Under the pieces are notes generated by a model that did not search any database, was not told the origin of the DNA, and saw only the letters and a list, made by a program, of their open reading frames with translations. From Callorhinchus milii (taxonomy: Eukaryota): a DNA stretch of 64,000 bases. Made by a program: the position numbers and the translations under genes. Location: NCBI RefSeq assembly GCF_018977255.1, contig NW_024704742.1:119290001-119354000 (forward strand), given 5' to 3'. Of the stretch, positions 22,266 through 34,130 are shown piece by piece; positions within the stretch are counted from its first letter, which is position 1, and each line of letters begins with the position of its first letter.

Positions 22266-24657
22266 TTGTCAATTACACAATTCAAGGACACCTGTAATTA
22301 TAGGGACAGTATAACTCACAATGGATTTTTTTATTTAGCACTATATTTTGCGTGATGACCAATTGTCTGTATCTACGGGTGGGGGCAGGTTGGGGTGGGG
22401 GGGGGGGGGAATTATGCAGATAGTCTGCTCTCCACTATACTTTAATCCAAATTCCATGTTTCTTTACTGTGCCCTTGTGCATTGTTCCTCACATTGTTCC
22501 TCCTCAGTAAGTGTTCATTCATATTAACAAGGTTAAAACAATTCTCCTAGACAAAAGCATTCTTGATCAAGTAAACCTTACGAGTGCGTATTCTCTTAGT
22601 GTTTTTGTGGAAAGCCAGATGTCTGGCAGAGTCTACTGACTTGCGTTACATAATGCCACATCATGGAATCCCTGTGTCATATGCAGCATAAGCTGCTTTT
22701 ATTAAAAACAAATGATGAGTGGAACAGAGGCAGAGGGTAGATCAAAAACACCTTTCTGGGTGAAATCTTGTGGTCACCATAAACCAGATGAGATGGTTTC
22801 TGAAGAAATTTGTAACTTTGAACTCACCATCATATGCCTCCAATCTGTTATTAAATAAATAGAGGCCCCTCATCGATGCTACAAAAAGGATTCTTTGAAA
22901 AGTTGGCAGCTTTCCACAGTCTACAAATGTGGTGCAACTCTTGCTGGCAGTGAAGTAGTCAAATTTTTAAAATAAGAAATAATTTACATAGCAAGTAGAA
23001 ATCAATCTGCCAAACATTCCCCAATCAATCTGCTTCACCCATAGAAAATGTCACGATTACATTGAAATAAATTGCCAATTTTACAAAGAGAGCCAATTTG
23101 ACATTTTTGCCACACTGCATCAACCTCTTTTGCTTACAGCATATAGCGTGCTACAAATTATTTAGTATTTGGGTTCAAACCAAAGTGTTTTTTTTCCCCC
23201 TGAGCCCATAGGACCCTGCCCTTGGCTGTATGAATGTGTGTCAGAGTGTTCAAAATTTATATGGTATCATAAAGCAACTGCTTAGGAATTTATTTGTTAT
23301 GAAATAATCTGTCCCAGGATGCCAGGTCAATGGTACGCTTAAGATCACAGATGTGATGGTCCAATTAAAGCCCTTTGGCACCAAAACCATTTTGAAACTT
23401 TTTTTTAAAAAGGCAGGTAAGTAATGTTTTTTTTTACTTTGGTTCCAAATAAGTGAGGTTATAAGTGGGGCAACCCAGTCGTGAGCAGTCAGTGACCCTA
23501 ACCTAGCACGTAGCTTTCAAGTGCCTACAACACTGTCTCCTTCAATAAGTTTGAGGTGCGCTTATTACTCATTATACTGTACATGCTGTGTACCTCACAA
23601 TATTCAAAATATGGATTCCATTATCAAACGTGTGTATTGAGGATAGATCAATATGACCATTCAAAAAAGAACTGGATATGCACTTGTGTGCAGTTAAACA
23701 CTTAAGACATATGAGGAAAGAACAAGAGAGTTGGGTTAAAAAAAAGAATAGTTCAGAAAAATAGGTTACAGAGGCACAGGCATCATGGGTTGATTGGCCT
23801 GCCCACATTGAAAGAATGAATGTTTCCAACACAGCCGGCAATAGGAAAGTGAGTGCCATTTGTCACTGGAGATACAACAATAACGGTAAATATCATTTTT
23901 TAAAAAAATATTGATGCGTACAGCTGGAATTCTAGGTACAATACAGTATGTTTGTGCAAAAGAAAAATTAAATGATTTAAGGCACTTGAGAGTATTGTAT
24001 GGATCTATTTGATAGTTGATACAAGTACTTGAATGAAAATGAATAACCGTTATAGGTAGAGGTGTTATTACTTTGGCTTTTTGTTCACTTTGGATAAACT
24101 TGAGTCGGTTCTGGGAACTTGGAGAGACCCAAGACGTTTCAAAGCAGTGAACAAAGAGCTGAAGCTGCAACACCTCTGCCTGTAGTGGTTATTGATTTTC
24201 ACTCAAGCACTTGTATCAAACTTGTATCATCATAACAGCCTCGGAATTAGACGGGAATGGTGACTTCTGTGTGAGAAAGTACTCAATCCTGTTGTGTTAA
24301 TATCGTCCCGAGCTGAAAAAGGTAGAACTTGTCCTTTGCGACAGCATTCTTGCTATCTCCTGGCTGGTATCTATTCATCTGATTTTTGGTAAACTATTGG
24401 CAAGAAGAGAACCAACAGTGATGTAAATGTGCAATCCACAGAGACACATCAAATGTCCCAAATTGCACCCAATCATAACCAAGAAGACCATTTTGTCTTA
24501 AGCTGTGCAAAATTGTGCAAAATAATTAAAATCATTTTTTATTCTGGAGGACAGTTCTTATCATGAAAGACTGCAAAAAACAACTTCCAAACTTAGAAAC
24601 AAATTTAAGAATTTGCACCATTTTACATGATGTAAAATCTTAGGAAAAAATGATTTT

Positions 24658-24983
24658 GTGAAGTCCTGTAGCTCAGTGGTTGAGAGCACTCACCTTGCAA
24701 GTGAGACACCTGGGTTCAATTCCCGGCAGGGCGAAACCTTGGGCAAGTTTCCTTACTCCACATGCCTAATAATAATCCCTCCAAAACAAAACAATAATAA
24801 ATTGGTGATTTTCAATCCATGACTGTTTGTGGGACACTGCTGTGCGCAATTGGCTGCCGCAATTCGCTCACAAATATACAGTCAATTCACTTTACAGCAT
24901 ATTCTGTGAAGGCCTTTGAGACGTCTAGAAGACGTGAAAAGCACTATATCAAAAGCAAAGATTATTATATTATTATTATTATT
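24658..24983 (+). mobile_element. tRNA-Ala-derived SINE, short form
   Basis: Cloverleaf-compatible head with cttgcaa anticodon loop; (ATT)n tail. Confidence 0.9.
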
Positions 24984-25894
24984 TTACAGGCTTAGACTAG
25001 ATGGAATTTCAGACCTCCAGTTGGGGTTTCTATCAAGTTATCACCACCAGCGACCATCAAAGGGAATACAATATGCTGGGACATTTTACCATTATAAATG
25101 TATATCATGACGTGTTGCCCAAAGATCCAATTTGTTATCACAAAATATTTCCTAGGATTCATAAAAAAGCAAAACAAAGCCAGATCTCCAGCAAACTGGA
25201 ACAAATTCCTGAACTATCTTATCTGATCCTATATGAAATCCAGCTGTGAACATGTGTTAGAAGCACTGTCCTAAACAGGCGACAGCTTTTTACAACAGCA
25301 GACAAGTACTGACAGGTCTGAAGCTTCTAGTGCCTAAGTCCTCCCTCCACCATCAGCACAGTGCATGAGATATATTATCAGGGATATGCAACTGAGAGCT
25401 GCTTTCACTGGTCTGGGGGTATTGGCCTCAATATCAGCTCTCCTTAACACTTTCACAGAAAATCCTAACTTTCCCACCATTCCTTCCTAAATTCTTGGTT
25501 CAGCTGAGTGTAATGATAGTATTGGTGATCGCCGCCACCACTCATTATGACCAAATGGAGCGTGCAATTGATGCTACTTCTGCCAGAAAGGGATACATCA
25601 GCCAAAAATGAGAACCTTTTTTATGTTAGCAGTAACTTTGCTCAAATCAAAATTCCAACAGGAAACTCTTTACCCAGTAGTACTGCTTTCATAGTTTTAG
25701 TCCATACATTGAGAGCTAGAGAAGAGATAAAATAAGATGATAAATTGATCTGTTGTGGCGAACATAGGACTAACATTTATGAAATTAAGAATACAGTGCA
25801 CAATTGGCTGCCGTGTTTCACCCACAAATTACAGTCAATTCATTTTAGGTGTATTCTGTGAAGTGATTTGAGATGTCTCAAGGACATGATAAGG

Positions 25895-27235
25895 AAACAA
25901 CAACAAGAATAAAATTACATTTGTACAGCGCCTTTCACGTCAGGAGGATGTCCCAAGGCGCAGGATAATCAGTCTTTCGGACACGAGCTGGGGGTTGGGA
26001 TTAGGGAGGGTGGAGGGCAGGGGTGGAAGCAGGATGAGCAAAACAACAACAACAAAATTATATTAGTATAGCGCCTTTCATGTCCGGGGGACATCTCAAG
26101 GCGCTGGGCAGACAGAGTTATGGACCTGAGCTGGGGGTCAGGGGGAGGGTGGAGGGAAGGGGGGGAAACAGGGAGATCGAAAGCACGGTTGAAGAAGATG
26201 GTCTTGAGATGGGTCTTGAAGGTTTCAAGGGAGGGGGCGAGATGGAGGCACTGCGGGATGGTGTTTCAGAGGGTGGGGGCAGAGTGGTAGAAGGTCCGCA
26301 CACCAATGGTGGGGCAAGCGAGGTGGGGGACATGAAGCAGGCCGGAGCCCGCTGAGTGAGAAGGATGGTAGGGAGTTAGGAGGTCGCAGAGGTAGGGGGG
26401 AGCAAGACCGTGGAGGTCTTTGACGGTGAGGACCAGGATCATAAACTGTATCATCTGTGAGATGGGAAGCCAGTGGAGTTGGGCAAGGATGGGGGTGATA
26501 GGGTCGCGGGAGAGGACACGGGCTGCAGAGTTCTGAATGATCTGCAGCCTGTGGAGGGAGGAGTTGGGGAAGCCGACAAGCAAGGAATTTGCATAGTCAA
26601 GCCTCGATGTAATGAATGCACGTATGAGAGTTTTGGCGGCCTGTGGTGTGAGACAGTGGCGGAGTCGGGCAATGTTGCGGAGGTGGTGGAAGGCAGAGCG
26701 GGTCATGGCATAGATGTGGGATAGAAAAAACATTTGAGGGTCGAACAAGGTTCTGGATTGGCTTAGCAAGGTGGAGTGTGCAGCCATGGATGGTGATTCT
26801 GTCAGAGCCTGAGGTGTGGAGGCGCTGACATAATAATAATAATAATAATAATAATCCTTGCATTTGATATAGCGCTTTTCACGTCGGGAGGACGTCCCAA
26901 AGCGCTTCACAGAACACACTGTAAAGTGAATTGACTGTGTATTTGTGGGTGAACGCAGAGCCAATTAGGAGAGCCTCGATCTTGTTGATGTTCAACTGAA
27001 GAAAGTTAGCTCTCATCCAGGACTTGATGTCTGACAAACATTCTGTCAGGACAGCAGTGGTCCTGGAGTCAAGGGTTTGAGGCAGAGAGATAAAGTTGGG
27101 TGTCATCCGCATACAACTGGAAGTTGACCTCATGTCTGCGGATGATGTCACCAAGAGGGAACATTATAGATTTTGAAGAGGAGGGGACCAAGGACAGAGC
27201 CCTGAGGAACTTTGCACAAGACAGTGCGGGGGCTA
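25895..27235 (-). mobile_element. L2 LINE (RT C-terminal half and 3' end) preceded by a second short L2 3' end
   Basis: [35 protein letters not shown] motifs; two (CAA)n tails near 25896 and 26043. Confidence 0.9.
26830..26963 (-). mobile_element. 5'-truncated young SINE nested in L2
   Basis: Near-identical to 4085-4210 and 29534-29670; interrupts the L2 reading frame. Confidence 0.9.
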
Positions 27236-27462
27236 GAGGCACTATATCAAACGCAAGGTTTATTATTATTACTGTATTAAGTACATAACTCATTTCTGGC
27301 TGTTGTTCTACTCAATTGTCAGGAATATTGGTTGACAGATCTAATAAATACAATGTGGTCTATACTACACACACCAACTTTCTTTAAAACAAATAAATTC
27401 TACTTTTTACAATAGTGACAATCTGGCACTGCTTAAATACTTCAATATTATTCATGTTTTAT

Positions 27463-27880
27463 GTCAGTCCACCTCAGTTGGTACCATTCTCACCTCTGAG
27501 TCAGAAGGTTGTGGTTTCAAATCCCATGTTAGGGCTTTGAACTCAAAGAGTTTAGGTTAACATTCTAGTGCAGTGTTGGGGGAGCTCTGCATTGTTTTCC
27601 TTCAGGTGAAATATTAAACTGAAGTCCCAGCTGTGCTTGTTCAGGTGGATGTCAAAGAGCCCATGGCACTATTTGAAAAGAGGAGTTTCTCTTCGTGTCC
27701 TGGCCAACAATCCTCAAAATAGAATTGGTCATTCAGATCATGGCTGTTTGTGGGACACTGCTGTGCACAAGTTGGGTGATGCATTTGGCTGCAAAGTACA
27801 CAGTTAATAGACTTTATAGTAAAACCTTTAAAGTGCTTTGAGACATTTTTTCCCACATGAAAGGAAAGGATTATAATTAT
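27463..27880 (+). mobile_element. Deu-domain SINE
   Basis: ctcagttggta..ctctgagtcagaaggttgtgg head, Deu core, tail. Confidence 0.8.
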
Positions 27881-29074
27881 AAATGAAACTGTAACATGCT
27901 TTTACCAACTGATTCCAGAACGGAATTTAAACAGGAACTGAGTAGATATCCAAATGGGAACAACCCCTTGATTACATCGAGGCTTGACTATGCAATTTTG
28001 TGGAATATTTCTTCCCTTGGCAAGCAGCGAAGAAATATTCCACAAAATACAATGGTGCTTATTTGGTGCTGGGACCATTCTCTATAGAATTATCAACTCA
28101 GATGGAGCGACTTTGCAGCGAGTCATTGGCAGTTTCTAAAAGCAAACACAAGACAGCTCTGTGATTATTCTCAATATTAGAAAGCCCTCACTATAACCGC
28201 CCTCACAGTAACTCCCACTAAACATTCTAGAGTGTCCACAATCCAAAGAAAAAATATCTTATTTTGCATAATTCACCCACAAAAATATCTGTCCAATCGG
28301 CAAGAAATCTACTCATCCACTTAATAAAGTAGAACCAAACAAAACTCTTCAACTAAGACAGCACGTTATAACCAGCACACCTACACACATTCTATCAATG
28401 TGACCACCACAAAGATTCAATGCCAGCTAAATGCTTGCATGAAGAGAACAATCCTACGTATGATGAGGCAATGCTACTTTCTCCTTCTGGCTGCTAAACA
28501 AATCAATGCTGCCCTGTCACAACTTACCAAGCTAAAATACAAGTAAGAATAGAATTTAACTTTTTGTGCATGTAGACATCAGATTTAAAATATCACATCA
28601 AGAATCGCTAAAAATTTAAGACTTGGGATGTATAGTGTGGTACTCTGGATTCTCTGGGTGAAATGTGTTTCAGACAGATAAAACTTTATTTAACATTAAT
28701 ATGTTACTTATCATTCTTGTTGTGGATACATTCTTTAACTCACTGACACATGATGAGGGTGGGTTATTGCGGATAGCTGTAAGCTACCCGCGACCTTGAT
28801 CTGCTCTGTGCTGTAGCTGAATATCATCTAATCCAATGAGACAACTACAGAAAATTGATTTCAGAGAATTATGTCTAGATCATCCCACTCGAATAATATT
28901 CTTTTATTTTCAACTACATTTGAAATGATCTTTAATTTGTTGGAAATTATCTTTAGGATGGTGAAATCCAGATTGTCAGGCTTGTGAGTTCAAAATCCTC
29001 ATCCTCACTTTCCTGGCTCTCCAGGGCCTTGCTCCTTCCCATCTCTGTGACCTGCTAACCCCATATCAACCTGT

Positions 29075-30060
29075 CATACGAATATAGGAACAGGAGGAGG
29101 CCGTTCAGCCCTTCGAGCCTGTTCTGCCATTTAATTAGATCATGGCTGATCTGTATCTCAAATAATCCTTTCAATTCCAATTTCTCACTTTCTCCCCATA
29201 TCCCTGACCTACCAAAAAAACTTTGCTCTTGAAGGTATGGTTGGATCCAGCATCCACGGACTTTTGGGGGAGAGAATTCCAGATTTCTACCACCCATTGG
29301 AGTGAAAATATGCCTCCTGATTTCACTCTTAAATAGCCTGAATCTCATTTTAAGACTATGTCCTCTTATTTTGGATTTGCCATCATAGGAAATAGCTTTT
29401 CTTTATCTATCCTATCAAATCCCTTTATCATCTTAAGTACCTCAATCACCCCTCAACCTTCGAACCTCAAGGAAATACAATCCAAGTTTATTCAGCCTTT
29501 CCTCGTAACTTAACCCTTTAAGGCATGGTGACATTAATAATAATAATAATAATAATCCTTGCATTTGATATAGCGCTTTTCACGTCGGGAGGACGTCCCA
29601 AAGCGCTTCACAGAACACACTGTAAAGTGAATTGATTGTATATTTGTGGGCGAACGCGGCAGCCAATTGCGCACAGCGATGTCCCACAAACAGTCGTAGA
29701 TTGAAAATGACCAATTTATTATTGTTTTTGTTTTGGAGGGATTATTATTCTGGTGAACCTGCACTGCAACCCCTCTAGGGCCAATGTATCTTTCCTAAAG
29801 TGAGGTGCCCAAAACTGAACGCAGTCTCCAGATGGGGTCTGACCAATGCTTTATGCAGCTGAAGCATCATTTCTTCCCCTTTGTATTCCAGGCCCCTTGA
29901 GATAAAGGCCAACATTCCATTCGCCTTTTTGATTACTTTTTGCCCCTGGGAACTAGTTTTTAGTGATTTGTGGATATGGACACCCAAACCCCTTTGCTCC
30001 TCCACAGTTCTTAATTTCTCCCCGTTAAGAAAATATTCTGCTTTATCTTTTTTTGGACCA
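29075..30060 (-). mobile_element. 5'-truncated CR1 LINE
   Basis: EYFLNGEKLRTVEEQRGLGV, KKANGMLAFISRG; same subfamily as 18650-19495. Confidence 0.9.
29534..29749 (-). mobile_element. 5'-truncated young SINE nested in CR1
   Basis: (AAT)n tail; body near-identical to 4085-4300. Confidence 0.9.
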
Positions 30061-32479
30061 TTGTAGGCCCCATTTTCTGCACTTTGTGGGTTTCTCAAAC
30101 AGCTGACTTACTGAATTCTGCTTCTTTATAAAAAAGTTCAGTTAATAGGTGACAAAATTAGCAGCTGCTCTCTCTGAGTAATTACATGGCCTTGGCTATA
30201 CTGGCAACATTACATTATCACTTTCAACCAGAATGATAAATTGTCCCTGAGCTGCTGCAGGTTGGTCATTGTCCAAATTTACTGGGTACTTCTAGTGATC
30301 AGCGAGGAGACTGGAATGTGTGCTCCCAGCCAGTGTTCCCATCTCACCCTGTGCAAATCTATAAAAGTACTGTATTCTAATTGCGTTAGATATATTTACA
30401 TTGAGACTTCCTCCTGTTCGTCAGAACTGTTGAGCTAATACCATACAGTCCCACATTACCACATAGTGACTGGGTGTGCCCAAAAGTAAGTTTCAATATG
30501 AATGTAACTACCTCGACTTGTGGTCATAATGTGATTAAAATAACATTCCCACACTAACTGTAGACTACTGAATAGGAGATGTAGATTCAGATCCTAGTTC
30601 TGATTGACATTTGCATTCAAATTTTATCAATCTCCATCAAATCTTTAATGGGAGGGGAAGAGCTCACTGCAACAACCTCCCTTTGCGCTTCCCAAAACTC
30701 CACATCTAAATTGTTTTATGGCTTTTAACTGTACAACACAATGGGTACACATTTGTGTTATCCAAAGAGTATACTGGATGCGAGGCCCAAAAGTTTACCT
30801 TGTCTTAACTTAATCGCTATTTTGTCTTAAGGTTTAACATCCTCCAAAATTGTGAAAAATTCTGAAACTCAATTTTAATTTGGAGGTTGTTCTTTCTACA
30901 GTTTTTTTAAAAAATAGTCCTTCTAAGTTAGGATGGAATTGAAGAATTTCCATGATTCTTCTAACTTTTAAATTTCAAGACAAAATTATTTTATTCCCCA
31001 GACCAGGTGGAATTTCAGGCCTGTGGTACTGCTGAATAAAATGGCTGTTCCACTCATGAAGGAGACTTGAATATGTGCTCCACTTTCATCATTCCAGTGA
31101 TTTGCTGGAAAAACCTCATGGGTCCACTATAAGAAAGCAATGTGCGCCAGCAATCTTGCAAGGTTCACTCTGCAGCCTGACTGCCAAGATCACACAGAGG
31201 ATAGCAATGTGCTCCTCTGAAAATCCACTCAAAATCAGTTCTCCTTAAATGTTCTTGGGGCCATGGAACATTGTTAAATGTTATGCCAGGTAACCTGCAC
31301 TTTAATAACATAAAAGATCTAACCGTGTAATGTAGAGCTCAGAGCATGGGCCTAGTTACCCATTCACAGAACTCTCCTCAGTCCTCGATTACATCGATTG
31401 GGAGCAAGAAGTGAAAATCCTGACCATTTCTCTAGATTACTCTACTCCTAGAACTGATCCTGCTGCATCTCTTCAGTACTGCTGTATAAACAAGGACGGG
31501 GTCTGCATGCATAATTCGAATATAGTATCCTGGATGTTGTTTTTTTATGCACTACAGCTTTACATAGGTCAATTTGTGGATTATTTAAGAAATATGTCAT
31601 TTTGAAAATACGTTGTGCACTTGGAGCAAGGATATTTAATTTAATTTATGTGCAAGGAATGCATCAGGAAATTATTACCTAAAGGTAAAATTAGCAAGTG
31701 TATTAGTGACTCGCCTTCAGAGTGCTGACTGTGTTGTTTGCAACCTATAAATTTGTCCATTAGCTTGACATGGTCCCTTGACAGTAGCACATTACTAGGA
31801 ATCATTATTGATCATTGTGTGCCATGTGTGACTTCACTGCATGCGTGCACTCCTGCCAACAGCAAATGCTAGCCAGAATTACAAGATGTACTGTGATTGC
31901 AAATATACTTTTGTTGTTTGACTTGGAGCAAAACCAAAACCACCTAATTCAACTTAGTTTGGATCGGATGATCTTTGTTTCTTAAGTTGCTGAAAACTGC
32001 TTGCCAATGATTTGATTCTATTGAGATTTTTTTTGCTAACAAATATTTGCCTGGGAACTTGAATGTTTATTCAGTATTTCTTTTCATGGTAAAACAGAGA
32101 ACTCTTGTTTTTTCCTCTCTAATTCTGTGTTTGTTGTAAATGAATACTCAGTTACATTCAGTGTATCTTTTCGTATTGCTTTCTGGTGATATTTTAGTCT
32201 GTGGTTACAGGTCCCTATCACAACTCAAGGTACTCTGCGTATTCTGGTCAAAATGTCACAATGAATGTTAAAATAGCAACCTGACTCTGTTGATGCCTTC
32301 AGTAAACAAAATATTTCACAAGTTTAATAAACCATTAGTTACAGTAAGCATATTTCATCATTCCCAGCCAGATCATGGAAATCAATTGGAAAAATACACA
32401 ACAATAGTCCCATATTCAGCCTAGCTCAGGTGGTAGCACTCTTGCCTCTGAATCAGAAGATTATGGGTTCAAGCCCCAT

Positions 32480-34130
32480 GTCGAGAGGATCGAAGGAATT
32501 TTTGCAGCATTAGACAAACAACTGGGGAGAATCATAATGAGGATAACAGGAGCAGCAATTCCATTCTAAAAGAGAGCTCAGGCCTACTGATCACCAGGAA
32601 CAGATAAGAAAAGTTGAAACCATTACAGACCAAACTATGGGGGAAATGCCTAAATCCAAAATGCAAGGAAGGATTCTAGAAAGCATCAGATAGTAACACC
32701 AGGCAATCAGATAGAAAATGGGAAAATGGGAAAAAAGTATAATTAAGTGCATATAAATGCTAGAAGCATTTGTAACACAATTGTGGAACTAGAGGAACTA
32801 GTGGTAATGAGTAATTAGAATGTAGGCATCACAGAGACATAGCTAAACCAGGTTGATGGAAGTGAATATAACTTACGAGGACACAGGCTATTCAGGAAAG
32901 ATCAGAACGATAGGAAAGATGGAGGGGGTTCCATGTATGTAAGAGTTACCTGGAAGGTTAAGTCAGTTGAGCTAACATTGAAGGATTATTCATGATGTGA
33001 AATCATCTGATAAGATGTGCTCAACGAGAGAAAGGCATTTGGGGCCTACTATAGACCACCAGGCCAAAGCAGGGAGAATGATTTGGCACTATATGATAAT
33101 GTCAGGGTGAGTGTGAGAAAAAGAAGGTAGTACTGATGTCAGCTTATACAATCTGGGATTCCCAAGGTCGAAAGTCTGTGAGCTTGTAAATGTAGTGCAT
33201 GACTGCTTCCTGACTCAGTATATCAAGGAGCACATGTGGAGCACTTCCCTTCTTGACGGTTCTAGTCAGGGACCCGGATACTATTCAGGAAGTGGAAGTA
33301 ATTGATTCACTAGGGGACCGTGACCACAGCTCAGTCTAACTTGAGAAAAAGCTCCAGCACGCAACCAATCTCCATGGTTCATCGGTAGGCAGGCAAACTT
33401 CAGGAGTACGTGGGATGAGCTAAGAGACTAGGGAGGCTTTACTCAAGGACAAATCTGTTGAGGATGAATAAATATCCCTAAAGAATATTATGCACAGAAT
33501 GTAGGACAAGTATATACTCAAGAATAACAAGGTAATAAACAAAAACACAATCAAATGATCAATACCAAAATAAAATGGGAGATAAAGAAGAAAAGAAAGA
33601 TTTATCAAGCTTGTAGGGAAAATGAAGAGGGTGACTATTGGTCTGAATATAAGACTGTACAGAAGGAAGTTAAACAGAGATTAGAGAAGGCAAGAGAGAA
33701 TTGGAAAGGGACATAGCATTAAATGCAAAACATAACTCCCCCAAATTCTTTCAATATTACAACAATCATAAGAGTGTAGTTATTTAGGGCAGATGTTAAA
33801 ATCCTCAGGAATCCAAATTGGATTGAAAAAGCAATTGAACAGGAGATAGCAAAACATATTATATGACTACTTCCTGGAGCTTTTTTTTACCACTAAAAAC
33901 ACGCCCCCCAACAGCCAGCAAACATTGCTTGAGCTCCAGGACTTAAACATAAAGGAGGCTAAGATTCTGGATAGGCTCAAGGGTCTTAATACTATTAATA
34001 ATACTTATTATTAATAATATTAATAATACTTAAGGGGATTAATAAATCCCCTTGGGCGGATGAACTGTAGCCCAGGGTACTTAGGGAGACAAGGCAGGAG
34101 ATTTGTGCAGCACTGACAGACATAATGAGT
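32480..34130 (+). mobile_element. Heavily decayed CR1-clade ORF2, endonuclease to pre-RT region
   Basis: Relic codons for NARSI, GITET, FRKD, YYRPP, GDRDH, KSPWADELxPRVL with many stops. Confidence 0.75.

Larger units (their letters stand above)
28535..30506 (+). repeat. Local duplication, copy A
   Basis: Blocks 28535-28985, 30063-30362 and 30400-30506 align with 37505-37915, 37927-38230 and 39130-39235. Confidence 0.85.

Noticed and set aside
22377..22409. G-quadruplex-like G runs
   Set aside because: Mostly a homopolymer of uncertain length, with no functional context
22712..22803. C/D box snoRNA (ATGATGA...CTGA)
   Set aside because: No terminal stem adjacent to the boxes and no recognisable rRNA guide
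26266..26964. 232-aa ORF with poly-Tyr as a novel protein
   Set aside because: SINE (ATT)n tail read into L2 ORF2
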